Below the pieces are notes generated by a model. The model worked only from the letters and a program-made list of their open reading frames with translations, was not told the DNA's origin and searched no databases. The translations under genes were made by a program, and so were the position numbers. A DNA stretch of 64,000 nucleotides from Podarcis filfolensis. Taxonomy: Eukaryota. Positions 11,721 through 25,423 of the stretch are shown in pieces. Location: assembly GCA_964270895.1 (NCBI GenBank), contig OZ185437.1, one strand, 5' to 3'. Position 1 is the first letter of the stretch; every line of letters begins with the position of its first letter.

Positions 11721-14159
11721 ACCCAAGCTATGTAGCATATGTGGATGAATTCACACATGCAATCTGAGATTGAATTTGTGTGGTACTCCTCAAAATACAG
11801 GCAGGCCTGTACCTGGATACAGCGTTGCTTATAACTGCATTGCTTGAAATTAACACATATAACTCGTTCAGATGTGCATAGTGGGAAACAGCACGCAGGA
11901 GCCCACAACTGTGTGTGTAAACCCACCTGTCTACTCAGTTGGTATAACTACTTTAGCATTTTACTGTGGAACTTACACCTGACCATGAGCTTGAATGTCT
12001 AGAAACACAAAGGTCATCGCCCAAAAGAGAAGTGCTGTAAAAAGTTATCTGCATGTAAGCAGTGGAACATGTATGAGGAAGAGCAGGGTCAAGCCATCCT
12101 CCTCCTATTTTCTACCCAAGCACATTAAGCGTAGCATCAGCATGATGACTTCCCAGAGTGGTTTAACAAACAGCCCACTTTCCAGGGAACTCTGGGAATT
12201 GCAGTTTTGCAAGGGGAATAGGGGTGTCTGCACCATTAACAAAATACAGTTCCCAGGATTTCTTGGGGGAAAGCCATGGCTATTTAAAGTCTCCTAATTG
12301 TGCTTTGAATGTGTGGTGAAGATGAACCTGCACAAGAAGAAAGCTTGCAAAAATGAATTCCTTTATCATGTGCATGATTTGTGCGCATGTAGGCTCTGGA
12401 CCACTGTTATGCTGAATGCACATAGGTGCAACTGGGAGCAGAGATGTGGTCGAAGGGAAAAGGATTAATAACCCTCAGCATAGCTACCTCTTCACACCCC
12501 CTCCCCAAGTTTACTTGTCAATTGCACCAGCCATGCTTGGGCCTCAGTTTCTGGCTTTCCCTCCCTGCTGTCTGGCACTGTGCAAGAGCCAGGTGTCCTT
12601 CAGAGAGAGGCGTTCTGGGCAGGGTGGCCCATGAGACAGCCTGTGTTTAAATGTCTTGAATGGGTGCATGGTTGTGTCGACCAGAGAGGTAAGGGGCCTG
12701 GAGGTGCAAATTTGTCAGCTCCCTCATTTTGCTTCATGACAGAGCCAGCCCTGAGCCCTGCTACTCCATGTTGCTCTCTGCCCTAAATCTTCCCCTTGCC
12801 AAAGCAGCTTTCCCCCCAAAAAAGAGCTGTCGGATTTTGGTTACAAGCAAAAGGATGTAGCTTGCAGTTAAATGCTCACATGCTGAAGCACACGACACAC
12901 AGCTATCATACAGCAACTACATCCAGAAGAAAATCACAATTCAGAGTCAACAGAAATGGCTCTCCAGTTTTCCATGCCTGGCAGTACTGGCTTGCACGTG
13001 CAATGATACTTTTTAATAGGATTTCTATTCTGCCAACATTTCCTTTTCATCCATCTCCTACAAAATCTGATATGGGGACATTACGAGAAAATGGCTCTCC
13101 CTCAGTAAGAAAAGTCACTTGCATGGATTTTCTCTTATGCAGGTTTAATCAGATTGGCTAACACAAACAGTGAGACCGTAATTCTTTTCTATAATAATTC
13201 AACAATGCAAAATTCTTTTTTAAGGGGGGGTGGGAGAAGCAGAGCCAAGTATATACTTGAACTTTTGCTTTGTAGCGTACTGGTGACCTTGGTGTAAAAT
13301 TGAATACTGTATTCTGGAACTCCAAATCACAGAGTGGAACACTTTATGTCGTCCTCACTCAGATTCACCTCCTCACTTTCTCTCTCTGTCTCTCTCTCTT
13401 TGTGGGTAAGAAGCGGGTGCCAAGGAGAATTAATGCCACTCAAAGTACAGGGAAGTGGGGGCAGAAAATGTTTGAAGGGAAACAGATGTAAAGCTACTCT
13501 CTTCTATAGCCCAGCCATTCCCCCTTAACTTTGAGTGGCACCCTCTCTTTAAAATTAAGGAGATAGAGAGTGAGAACTACACACACTGTATCATTTTCAC
13601 AAGGGTCTGGCAAAGAATGCAAGGTTTCTAGACAAAAAAAAAAGGTCTGTAAACATTAAGGGGGTGAGGAGGTACTATTTACAGGCTCAGCACATTGTCT
13701 TGCAACATGTTATTTTGCACGCAGTGCAAGAGCAAGCAGCATGAAAACGGTTTTTATGAATGGATCCATTTGCATTAGACTCGTGCTGACTGGAGATACA
13801 AGCATGTTGCAGAACAGGATATGCAAGTCTTTTCCTAATGTCAACACTCAGGAGTTTTGATTGGCTAAACTGTCAGATTCCAATTCCTCCTTGGTTAAAT
13901 CCTCACAGTTATTTTTGCTTTGGGGGTTTATCTAAATTCCAAATAATAGACTTTCTGCACTACAGCTACTGGCTATTTTGCTAAAGCTGAATATCTATTT
14001 GTATTGCAGTGAAAGGTTCCAGGGAATATTTCACGTTCAAATATGACATGGGGGAGAAAAATTGAACGGTTAACTGCTAAGTAGAAAAAGAAGACTTGAT
14101 GAAAAGGCACATGCATTTTTACTGCTGCTGCCTTACTGCTTCCTTAGTCTATAAAACTC

Positions 14160-14420
14160 TTCACTGAAGGCAGGAGAAACCTCCAGCCTGGAAGCCAAAT
14201 GCGGCCCTCTATGCCTGTCATAGGTGCCAACTCCCTGGGGCCCTGGGTGCCCGAGGACCCACCAAATTCCCCATGAAGGGGCCAGACACCCACAAATTTC
14301 GGTGCCAGGGCCATGCACGTTGCATGGCCCCCACAGCCTTGGGCACCCACAGTTGCAGGGCCAAGCTGGCACCCAACACCTGTCTATCTGGGCCCTGGAA
14401 CTCTCCCCAGGCCATACAAC
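14160..14420. mobile_element. Degraded hAT-type MITE remnants, probably nested
   Basis: CCAAATGCGGCCCTCT...TCTATCTGGGCCCT outer pieces interrupted by a GC-rich CATAGGTGCCAACTCC...GGCACCCA segment; ends are imperfect. Confidence 0.4.
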
Positions 14421-16799
14421 TCACTAGAGCTGTTTTTGCCTCATATGTTTTTGCCTGGCTGGAACTTGTCCTTGAACTCTGATAATGCCTCTTGCTTGCC
14501 TGGATGGAGGATAGAGAGAGTGGAGTGCATGTATAAAAGGTAAAATTTACATGTGTTGCTCCACCCACTTTTGCCTCTAGCCCCACCCACTACTTACTAG
14601 CAAAGTGCCCTTGGAGAGTTACCTGGAAAGCAATGTGTCCCTCAGGCTGAAAAAGGGTTTTCCCCAGCTTAAAAATATGCCCTCTGCCAACAACTATTTC
14701 CCTGTTTTATTTACCCCTTGATGTCCTGGTGCTACTCATGGAAGGTGTGCTTCTTCTTTCCAGGCTACTATTTGAGTCAGCTTAATGATTTACTTTTTTT
14801 AAGCAAAACTGAATATTCACACAGTGCGTTTCCCTCCCCTGGTTTTTAAAAAAGAAAGAAAATAAAAGAAAGTCCTCATACTACAGGACAGGGACCCATA
14901 CAACAGAATTAATACTGAGAAGGTACTCTTGAGACAAGAAATGAAGTTTATACATCTTCATAATACAGTCACACCCCATAGGTTGAATACTTCTTTTGAT
15001 TTGGGCTGTTTCTTGTAGTACCTCTTTAAGAAACCCTCGGTGTTTCACAGCCTCTACTCATAAATGTCCCCTAGTGGGCTTCCTCTGTTTTCCGCTAGCC
15101 AGCACACAGCAGTTGCCTCTGCTTGTACCCAATGTGGGACCTTGTTAACTTCACAGGGTGAGTCAGCCTGCTCACAGTCTGGAAAAGTTTACACTATATT
15201 GTTTGGCTTGGGCTGCTACCATTTTCTTTTATATTGTCAGCTGAATAAGAAGTTTCTCTTGGAAACTGGGATCACCGGGCTCCAGCCCTGTTTGCTACAG
15301 CTGCTCTGCCATCTCCCTTGCGTCAAAGATAATGAAAATATATAATAAATTCTAATACTGTACTCATTTGATGGTTCTGGAGTACCGCTTGCATGTACTG
15401 TATGCCTTGTAATAGCGGGTACGTTGTGACAAATACATTCATTGTACTTTGCTTGCCATATTTTGTGTCTTTGTATGCTGGCCCGAACCCATTTTTTCTA
15501 TTTGTGTATGTTCCTATACAGTCGGTTCCTTATTTATGTGCTGTAAGAGAACCTAGAAAAGAAGGGTTGGTCATTTTGATTACGTCACAGCTGAGGATGT
15601 ATTTTCATTTTATTCTTTTTTTTAGTTTGCATATATAAGCAAACAAATATTTTGAATTTCCGATGATTTCCTATAAATACAACAGATGTAAACTAGAACA
15701 CAGGTGGAATCTGAATAATGACATGTAAGTTTTCACATCTTAGGCTTTGCATCTGAATGTATATCAAGGTTCTTTTTCTAACACAGACTGTTCCCAATAG
15801 TATTTATTTTTAGTTCCTTTTATACATAGATCATGCTGGCACTAAGGTCCATTTGCCTCCCTCAGAAAAATGAAAGAAAATATACCCAATATAAAAACCC
15901 CTTCTGTATCTGCCTCTTGATCAAACACACCTTTCTTCTTACACTAGCAGACCTTTTCACCTGCTCTCAGTCACAAGTGCGTATAGAAAGGCTTTGTGGG
16001 ATTCTGAACATCATTCTGCTTGACAGAAAGTGGTAACCATCAAAATATTATAGCCAAGAGAGGGAACAGTTGGCCAATTCAACTACAAAGTACAATCTTA
16101 TACACAATTAGTTGAGAGTAACTCTCATTAAACCAAATGTCAGATACTGGAACAAAGTCCTTTTCTGGCTCTATAAGTTGTATAATGGACTTTGTGTAGG
16201 CTTACCTTATGACCGCTCACCCTAAGTACCCAAATATGTCTCAGACATTTGGGATATAATACCCAAGGAGCATCAGCTGGGCTTTTTTTTAAATGACGCA
16301 GCAGGCACTAATCACTTGCTATGGAGGGAGATAATTAACCTTGCCTACAAATTCAATGTGTGCTTCTAGCCCACTCACAAGGCAGTTAATAGAAGTTCTG
16401 TTTATTTTCTTTGCTAAGCTCAAATACCTTACTGAACATCAAAATCCCTCTAAACCACTCATCAACACTTGCTGATGCTCTATAATAATTGAAGGATTGT
16501 TTTGCATTTGCGACACTTGTGGTTTCATTTAAGAATCAGCAGAGGATTTCTTTTTTTTGGGGGGGGGGTTACATTTTATTCTATATTTTACTTCCAAGAG
16601 CAGAAAGATCTGAAATTTCTAATTTGGCTCATGGCTTATATTGCATGGTGTACATAAATGAACATTGGCAGCCTAAATCTGTAGTTAGAACTATTTGAAA
16701 AATTTGTATAGGCTGAAATAGGAACTTCAGAACATTCCGTCAGCATCTGGCATCTTCCTTGGGAGTGTCATGAAGTGTGATTGCCTTAAGGACTTGGCA

Positions 16800-17470
16800 A
16801 GCAATTACACGGCCCCAGCGTACCTTATGGCAAGTGTAGGAGCCTGAGAACAAGTTAATTATTCAGCATCTGTATAGTGATCCCTCGCAAAAGTCTTTAA
16901 GGCATATTTTCTCCTGCTTTTCTCCATGTGTTGGTCAATCTTTCCACAAGCCTAAATAATCTTATGGTTTAAAACATGAACATTTCTGTCTCTCTGTGTG
17001 TGTGTGTCTCTGTGTGATATCATATCTCATTTACCTCCCAGGCTTATTTTTTTTAATCTCTCCTGACTGAATCTAATTCTGAAATTCCCAGACTCAATCT
17101 ATTTCTGTATTTTCTCGTGATTTCTGTGACTGCCATGGAATTACCCTCTGTCTAAAAGCTTTGCTTTTGGTTTTTACCTCCCCAATGGAAGATATCCTTG
17201 GGAAATTCCAATAGCTCTTGTTTCAGTTTGTACCAAATGTTTGACTTCTCATGGAACATCCATCGCCTACCCAATAAATCTGGGCTGCCTCAGAGTATCA
17301 TAAAGACCTAGATTTACTAACCCTCTTTTGTAATTTGGCAGTGCATCTACATTTTATTGTTGATGCTTTACTCTTCAGGCATTATCCTGCCCATTCAATA
17401 ATGCTTATTATTTTTGCCAACTTCTTAATTCTCTGTAAGCAACTTCACCTCTAAATATCATAGTTACATT
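16800..17470 (-). mobile_element. Ancient L1-like ORF2 fragment
   Basis: Minus-strand conceptual translation gives degraded IIEWAG*CLKSK and DALPNYKRGLVNLGLY, resembling the FIW-GKKPR and GGL-LPNL-LYY motifs downstream of L1 RT; many stops. Confidence 0.4.
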
Positions 17471-18301
17471 TCTGAATGACCAGGTTTAGTTTCCAGCATC
17501 TCCAATTAAAAAGGTTTTACCTCATCTATCCTTCCAAGTACTTTTGACTGAGTCATTCTCCCAGAGGCAGTTGGCAGAAGAGTTGCTAGAAAGTGAGAAG
17601 GATCAGTTATTAAGTGCTGAGTCTTTTGCTTGACACTCAGAGATCCACTGCCAATCAGACATTTTGCTGGCCTAAGACATTTTGCTGCCTGAAGCAAGAG
17701 GTGACATGATGCCCAACCCCATTCCACATACAGAAGACAACTGGACTGAAAGTGTAACTTCAGTACTGGTGACAATACAGTATCCACCACATAATGGGGA
17801 ACAGACAACTTTAGGAGGCACAGAGTACACCATATGATGGCACTCACAGCTCTACCATCCAACACTTCCCCATTTGCTACCTGAAGCTGCTGTCTCTGTC
17901 TGCCTAAGGTGCATACACACCATGCATTTAAAGAACACCCCGCTACTATGCCCCAAAGACACTGGACACTGTACTGTAATATGGTAAGTGTTCTGGGAAC
18001 TATAGTTCTGTGAGGGGTAAACTGCAGCTGGTTACTATGAGAATCTGCTTGTTTCGCTCCCCTTCCCCCTCCCCTCAATCCCTTTTGTGTTGCGACTTTT
18101 AGAAAGCAGCCTCCAGGCAGGGACTGTCTTGCTTTTAAAAAGATCTTATGTAACCTGCTCTGGGAGCCTTTTTGGCTGCAGTGGAGTAAAAAGAATAAGA
18201 ATAAAACATGTTAAAATGTGAACAAACTCACCCTGTGCACAAAGCAACCTTGATAACGTATGCCAAGTAGAGCTAAGTGAGAGAGTAATTAATGCAAAAT
18301 A

Positions 18302-18473
18302 CCGTATTTTTCCGTTTATAAGCCCCCCCCCCTTTGTATAAGACGCCTCCTATTTTTGGGAACTCCAAATTAAGAAAACATCCCTCAGCACTACCCTTGT
18401 ATAAGACAAGCCCCAGTTTTAAACCTATTTTTTTGGTTAAAAAAACCCTAGTCTTATACACGGAAAAATACGG
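18302..18473. mobile_element. Tc1/mariner (pogo-like) MITE
   Basis: TIR CCGTATTTTTCCG...CGGAAAAATACGG with TA on both flanks; repeated GTATAAGAC motif. Confidence 0.85.
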
Positions 18474-19642
18474 TATATTGTCTGCCCGCAAGGCCAACAT
18501 TATTAGCATTTTAATAATATCAAGAGAAAAACTTACACTTTTACATGTAATGATTTGTAGTTAAGATATATGTGGCCAAGGAGCTTTGCTGAATTTCAAA
18601 AGACCTAGTTTGGCCTGTTGACATTTCAGTACCGATAGCACAGCTGAGTACAGAACAGGGAGGTCCCTGTACAAATGGACCCTCTAGTGAAATGTTTATG
18701 AGTGACCTGCATAACATTGTGTGGTTAAATCCAGACATTGCATGCTGTGTGAGTTAAGGTTTGAAAAGGTGATCTTATCAGTGAGATAATTCTAATGTGA
18801 CACAGATTATTTTGGATTTCCTCTAAAGCGTACATGTGCATTTCATTACCTGAAGATTTTCAACATTACAATTACCAGATTTCAACAGCAAAAATAATTT
18901 GTGATATTTTGGGTTCTGCTATTGTGTTACACATTTTTCTATACTATGTGGAAAGCAAAAACTGTTACTTAAATAGCTTGGGGTATCTAGATGAAAGACC
19001 CAGCAAGCTAGCTAGCCATGACTGAAAATGCATTTTTAAAAAACACATTGAACCATCGTACGGAGGGAATCCTACCTATGTACTTCCATACTCATCCCTT
19101 CAGACTAAAATGGAAAACACTGGCAGTCTGAGATGGTGCAAATATTTTTTTCCCTTTTGTGCTAAAAATAATACTCAATAACTTATGTTACATAAAATGT
19201 CTATTTGAGAGTACCAGTGAAGGCCTTCACGGACACTGGTTTGGTGACCCCCACTTTTATGGAGCTCCATCCACTGACTTGAAACAAGGAGCAGAAGAGA
19301 TGAAGAGTGGAAACAAACTAAAATGCTGGAATTCAACAATGGCAGTTCATTTTCTGTAGTCAAGTTTCAGAGGTATGCTCTCAGTTAACAGCATATACTA
19401 ATAACCTGGGGCCTCCTCAACAGTATGCTATACATACATACTTATAAATCCACTACTGGACAAGATAATGCCATACTTGTGAAGGAGAAGAAGCTAATGT
19501 TGTACATAAAGCTGCAAGTTGAATGGAAGAATAACATGTGGTGGGTGAAAGATTTAGGTTTTCTGCTAAATTCTTCAAAGCAGTTAATGGACATAGGTTG
19601 TTGGTTGATTAGCAATATACTGTATACCCAATGCCAGTGTTT

Positions 19643-20217
19643 CCTGGGATAGCTCAGTCGGTAGAGCAGGGGTAGGCAAACTAAGGCCCCTGGGCCAGAT
19701 CAGGCTCACCTCGCTCTGCACCACGAAGCCAGAACCCACCGCAAAGCCAAGACTCCCGGCGATGGCGACGGGAGGAAGAGGCCGAGTGGTGGCGGCTCTG
19801 CCAATCAAATGCCACGCCTGGTTTACCTCAGCGCAGCACGGGGACGTCTCTGCCAATCAAATGCCGTGCCTGGTTTACCTCAGCGGCATTTGATTGACAG
19901 AGCCACCGCTGCTCGGCCTCTTCCTCCCGCCGCTGCCACCCTGGTGCTCCTGTGGGCTAGAGAGTGGAGCGGATGAGCTTGCTCTGCTTACCTGCTTCAC
20001 AATTACCTGCATCATCACCGCAGCAGCGGTGGTGGTGGTGGCAGCCCCTGGGAAGGTAAGCGCAGTGCCTTCTTTCTCTAGGCAGGGAAGAAGCCCGTTT
20101 CGCACCACCAGCCCTTCAGCGAATGAGGCAGGCGGCAAACCAAGAAGGCGACTGGGGCAGGGGGTGGGTGGGGAGGACTACTTGCCCCCCCCCCAGCAGT
20201 GTGCATAGGAATTCGTC

Positions 20218-20264
<47 letters not shown>

Positions 20265-20449
20265 TAGGTCTGAGGGACAGTGGGCCAGCCCACTGTGGAA
20301 AAAGTTTGCTGACCCCTGCAGTAGAGCATGAGACTTTTAATCTCAGGGTCATGTGTTCAAGCCCCATGTTGGGCAAAAGATTCCTGCATTGCAGGGGGTT
20401 GCACTAAATGACCCTTGCTGCCCTTTCCAACTCTACAGCTCTATGATTC
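19643..20449 (+). mobile_element. tRNA-Lys-derived SINE with CR1-type 3' tail, split by a hAT insertion
   Basis: Joining 19643-19666 to 20327-20449 gives GGATAGCTCAGTCGGTAGAG/CATGAGACTTTTAATCTCAGGGTCATGTGTTCAAGCCCCATGTTGGGCA (tRNA-Lys-like), then a tail matching the CR1 3' end at 35480-35552 and ending in TATGATTC. Confidence 0.85.
19667..20318. mobile_element. hAT-superfamily MITE (652 bp) containing (GATA)n
   Basis: TIR CAGGGGTAGGCAAACT...AGTTTGCTGACCCCTG; 8-bp TSD CGGTAGAG/CAGTAGAG; (GATA)n at 20219-20264; right end shared with the 57266 element. Confidence 0.88.
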
Positions 20450-21358
20450 GATTATAATGCCATAAATTATGTCTCCCAGAATGCTATTGAACAACATCAA
20501 GCTCAGTTTGCATCCACATCTTGGATATGGAAGCAGAGGCAATCAAACTGAGCTGCTGTTTCTTACCAAGATGAGATATTATTGACATGGGAAATCCTGT
20601 TACAATCATGGAAATAAATGCAAGGTAAATTTGGAGTATTATCCTAGAAACTGTTGCTTAATTTTTGTATGATTTATAGCTCCATTCAACCACTGTGGAA
20701 GCACCATTCATTCAAGTTTCTAGATTATTCTCCCACCCACTGCATTTTTAAAAAAACAGGTAATTGACAAGCTATTAAAATTATGGAGGGTTCTGTTGCT
20801 TTATGGCATAAAGGGATTATACAAACAGATCATTAAACGCCAGGTCTGCAGATTGGAAACATTCTATAACATTTTGCAAGACTTTATGTTTCTGAGCAAT
20901 TGCTTTCTAATTCACTTTTCAAATTTAACGTGAAGCTTTAGAGAATCAGCTTTGCAGTATCACACTGTGCACATTTAGGGCTGTGAAAAGGTTTGTCTTC
21001 TGTCTGCATCTTGTGTTTGCTTGGCTGCATTGTAGTGTATGAATTGCTTATATTAATGCAAGATAATAACACTGCTTAGTTATTTTTTAATCACTTTTTA
21101 ACTAAATTGTTATACGGATTTTTTTTCCTGATATTGACTACAGTATTTTTCCTTATGATTTTAGCTGCTATGGGTCTTCTTTTAATGTAATTTGCAGTGT
21201 TTATTCTCTGGTTACAATGCAAAAAGGAACAAAAAGAGAAAGCAATCTGTACATACAACAAAATATAAACACACATCCCTCCTATGAAAAGTGGTGCCAT
21301 AAAAATGTGGATCAAATTAAAAGTGACATTATAAAGTATTTGTATTTATTGTATATCT

Positions 21359-21482
21359 ACCTTGGGTCCCCAGATGTTTTTGGCCTACAACTCCCATGAT
21401 CCCTAGCTCACAGGACCAGTGGTCAGGGATGATGGGAGTTGTAGGCCAAAAACATCTGGGGAGCCAAGGTTGAGAAAGGCTG
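21359..21482. mobile_element. URR1-like hAT hairpin MITE
   Basis: Near-perfect ~45-bp inverted arms (CCCCAGATGTTTTTGGCCTACAACTCCCAT / ATGGGAGTTGTAGGCCAAAAACATCTGGGG); homologous to 46747-46878. Confidence 0.8.
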
Positions 21483-22249
21483 ACACCAATGAGGGAATTT
21501 CCCTTCAAAACAATACTAGCTTCAGAAGAGATGTTTTCCTCAGGACTGCAGTAGAGGACAGGGAGGACTTTTCCCTTTCCACACCTACTCTGATACTATT
21601 AATTATCAAACCACCCCAGCTGATGCTACTGCAGTTTTTAAAACCTGCAACATTAGATTCAGATATGCATTCAGTGTAATATATAGTTTAAACTACTCTG
21701 GATGCCTCCAGTTTTGTAGAAGCCGCTGCATTTTTAGCCGACCTGTTTCAATGTTCAGCATTACTTATATAGTAAAAAGTTTATTCCTAACATCAAGACA
21801 AACTCATTTGAGTTGCCATTTGAACTTTTATCTCTTCTCTTGACTATGCTATGTAAGGAGAAGAAGAGATTCTTATCCTCCCCATGGCAACCCTTCATGA
21901 TTTGTGAGTCTCCTTAGGCTTGTTTGGAGTAGTTTTTAATGGGATTTGTAGATAATGAACAGGAGAGTTGTGTTACCATTCCTGCAGGATTTTTTAAAAT
22001 AGTACCGTAATTGCTTATGCTTGCTTGGAAAAGTGCGATAAATCACAAGGCCCATATTAAAAAGATCACATTTTAAAATAAAACATGAAGCATATAGGAC
22101 TCAAATATAAAAAATTGCACACAATTTTATATGTGCATATAATGTGTGTGAATAGTTTTCATTTTACATCAGTTTTTCATAAGAAGAGAAGCAGCTAATA
22201 TGTGAATAAAGATATGCATATCCCCCCTCTGGCTACTAGCCTGAGAGGT

Positions 22250-22540
22250 TCTTATTCTGTCTAGATTTCTTGGACCTTTTTCCTCAAGCAAAATTCAGCA
22301 GCAACATAGGGATGTGTGGACCCCATTTCTTAGGTTGCTTCCAGCCGAACCCTTTAACAAAAAGGACCACACTGCATCAAAGCAAGTGCTATCCCACACT
22401 TTCCAGTGCATTTTCTGGTCACTTTCCTCATCGCAAGATGCCTGATCTTTGGGGAAAATAGGTTTGCTTTGCAAGAGCTCCAGTTCAACTTTGATTCTGC
22501 AGCCTGAATTTGCCAGGATGTGACTGAATCTCATGCAAAA
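22250..22540. repeat. Old dispersed repeat, inverted homolog of 54870-55170
   Basis: TGCATCAAAGCAAGT...CACACTTTCCA...GAGCTCCA...CCTGAAT.TGCCAG.ATGTGAC aligns by eye to the reverse complement of ~54880-55040. Confidence 0.6.
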
Positions 22541-25249
22541 ATAGTGAAGGTCTGAAAGCTCTCTTAAGAGTGCAACGAGGTGAGCTATGGGACATCTGAG
22601 ATCAGGATCTTATTATTGTTTTTAAAAGTTAAAAGCAGCCACTGGTATGTATGTGTGTATGGGGGTAAGGGTCAGTTTGGGGCTGCACTATTTTCCCAAT
22701 ATAAATCAGCTATTTGTTTAGCCAGGGAAATCATAATGGTACCTATATCTTTCAGGTGGTCAATGATTTTGGCCTATAATTCTACATAACCTATATAAGC
22801 CCCAGCAGATAAATATGCATAGGATTGTGCTAAAACCTCTGAAAACTCCTCCCTTGACACCATAGTTTTCCTTTCTGGCTCCTTTTAGCTTTTTAATTGT
22901 GGGAGATTCTTGATGCATGGATCTCGCACATCATGTCTAGATCGACTCTTATTAAAACTCCCCCAATCCTTGAACTATTATTATTTTTTTAATGTAGTAC
23001 CCAAACAAGAACCTACAAAATTCCCTTTCTTGGTTTGGATAGAATTCAGTGACAAGTCTCCCTCTGTATTCCCTGTTTCTGCGGCTGTTGATTTTGGCAA
23101 CCTACTGATCAGTGAAGTTATTTGTTCTCTAATTTCCCAAAACCTGCGTGTTTTGCTCTTTACTTTGCCTACTGCAGAGCTTCTCAAACCGTGGGTAACA
23201 ATGTGTTTCTGGGTGGGTTGCACAACACACACACACATTTTGAGGGACTTTTACAAGGCTCACAGCACACCATTCTTGTCAGTGTGATGTGATGTGTTAG
23301 TGTGATGACTTAAAGTCTCCCTCCCTCCCTCCCTAATTATGCTTTAATTCAACTCAAATACATGTCGCCTATATCTATATTTACACAGAAAAACAAAAGA
23401 TTCATAGCTAAATACTGGTGTGATATTTTTGTGCTTCCTGTTATAGAGAGAGGTATGGCTTGAAAGGTGGTGTCAGGCTGTGTACACACTCCCATTTAGT
23501 CTGCATACAGCGTGCTCCCCACAGCTGGTTTTGCATGGCATTAACCACAATCCATATCTATCCTGTATCTATTCTGTGATTTCTTATTTAACATTGTTCT
23601 CCCCAAACCAGCTTTGATCCAAACTGAGACAAAGAAAAACTTAGCTGCATTTTAAGCCAGCAATGTGCAGAGCGTTAGATTAAAATTGGCCCAAAAAGGA
23701 CTGAATAGGTTGGCCCCACTTTTAAAAGTCTGAGATGCATTGGTCCATTGTAATTTTTCCAAAAAAGAAAGAGAAGAAACTATCAAACCATCTATTTTAC
23801 CTTTCTGTATTTTCACTTTTACAAAGTTCAGGCTGAAGATTCCCCCAGCAAACAGTTTCAATAGATGTATAATGCTGACTCTGCAGTTGCAAAACAGAGG
23901 GACTTTCTCTGTTTCTAAAATCTTCATTGTTTTATATTTGAGGTGTCTGAGTTTTTGATAGGAGTGGCTGGCTGTATTTTTATTAAATGTTTCTAATGTT
24001 GTTTCAGCTGCTTATGTGAAAACATTAAGCATTCTCATCGTTAATGAACATGATTTAGTAGCTCTGTACATGGCAGAAATTCCATTCTGGTCTCTTTGAA
24101 TATATCAAATGCTTGGCTTAAGCATCAGTTACTGTGTTTTAAACTACTGTACTAGTTGGACACTGGATGCAGAATTAGTCCTTTATTTTCATATGGAACC
24201 TAACATAGAGCATTAGGCGTGTGTGTGGCTTTTTTAAAAAGCCAGAGCCTGCATGGAAAGCGTCGTAAATAATTTAGCAGAAGTGAATTCTGAAATTAGT
24301 TAAGGCTCCACATTGCTTGGCTCCAAATAGTCTAATTGTAGCAAGATATGTAGAAGTGTCCTTTGGAGGAAGCCCAGCTTTCACCACCATCACAACCCTC
24401 CCCCACACCCCAAAAGGACAACGATGTGCTCTTTTCACCGTGTATGTACAGTACATGATCCCTGGGATTTAAATTTACTTAGTTCTTGTAACTGTAGCGA
24501 GTAGAACAAGCCGACTGAGCCAAGGGCTCTGGGAGACAAGATAATGAATGAGATACATTTTGTGCATCGCAGGCAAGAATTTTGGATGGCAAAAAGGAAG
24601 CTAGCTGTATTTCTATTATCTTGCAAAACTGTTGGCTCATCATTCAGTAAAGTGGTTGCTATATTTAGCAATGTTCCTATGGCCTGAACCTGTTGGAGAC
24701 TCAGAATCAGCTCCTGCAATACACAAATGCAACTTACTTTCCAATTATTTCCCTTGCTTCTGGAGTAAGGATTGATTTTGCTCTGCACCCACACCCACTC
24801 CTTTAAAAAACAAACATCACTACCAAAAAGATAACGATGATGGTGCTGAAGCCTTTCCTCACATTAAAACACTGTATTCTTCTAGCTCTTGGGGGCCTTA
24901 TCTCTTCTCATACAGCAGTGGTCACTAAGCTTTCCATATGTTCAGATTTTTTATTTATTTTACTAATTCAGAAGATTCTGTATCTCCTCCACCCTTTTGA
25001 CTGAATGATCCTCAGAGTAGCTTACAACAGATTATAATAAATACACACAGATCCATATGCACAAACCCTAAACACAAACAACCCAGTCACCTGGCTGATG
25101 GCAGAAGCCACAGGGTGCTTCTCTTCTGTTCTCAAGTCCCAGGGCAACCGGCAGCTGAAGCTGAGTGTTCTTTCTTCTCCTATGAACATTGGATGGGGTC
25201 AGGTTAGATTTCTGAAATAAAAGTTGTTTTTCCCCCACCCTCAACAGTT

Positions 25250-25423
25250 NNNNNNNNNNNNNNNNNNNNNNNNNNNNNNNNNNNNNNNNNNNNNNNNNNN
25301 NNNNNNNNNNNNNNNNNNNNNNNNNNNNNNNNNNNNNNNNNNNNNNNNNNNNNNNNNNNNNNNNNNNNNNNNNNNNNNNNNNNNNNNNNNNNNNNNNNNN
25401 NNNNNNNNNNNNNNNNNNNNNNN
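25250..25423. other. Assembly gap (174 N)
   Basis: Run of N characters. Confidence 1.

Noticed and set aside
20327-20375. Apparent tRNA-Lys gene
   Set aside because: The head is split by a MITE, stems are mismatched, and it continues into a CR1-like tail without a Pol III terminator; it is a SINE.
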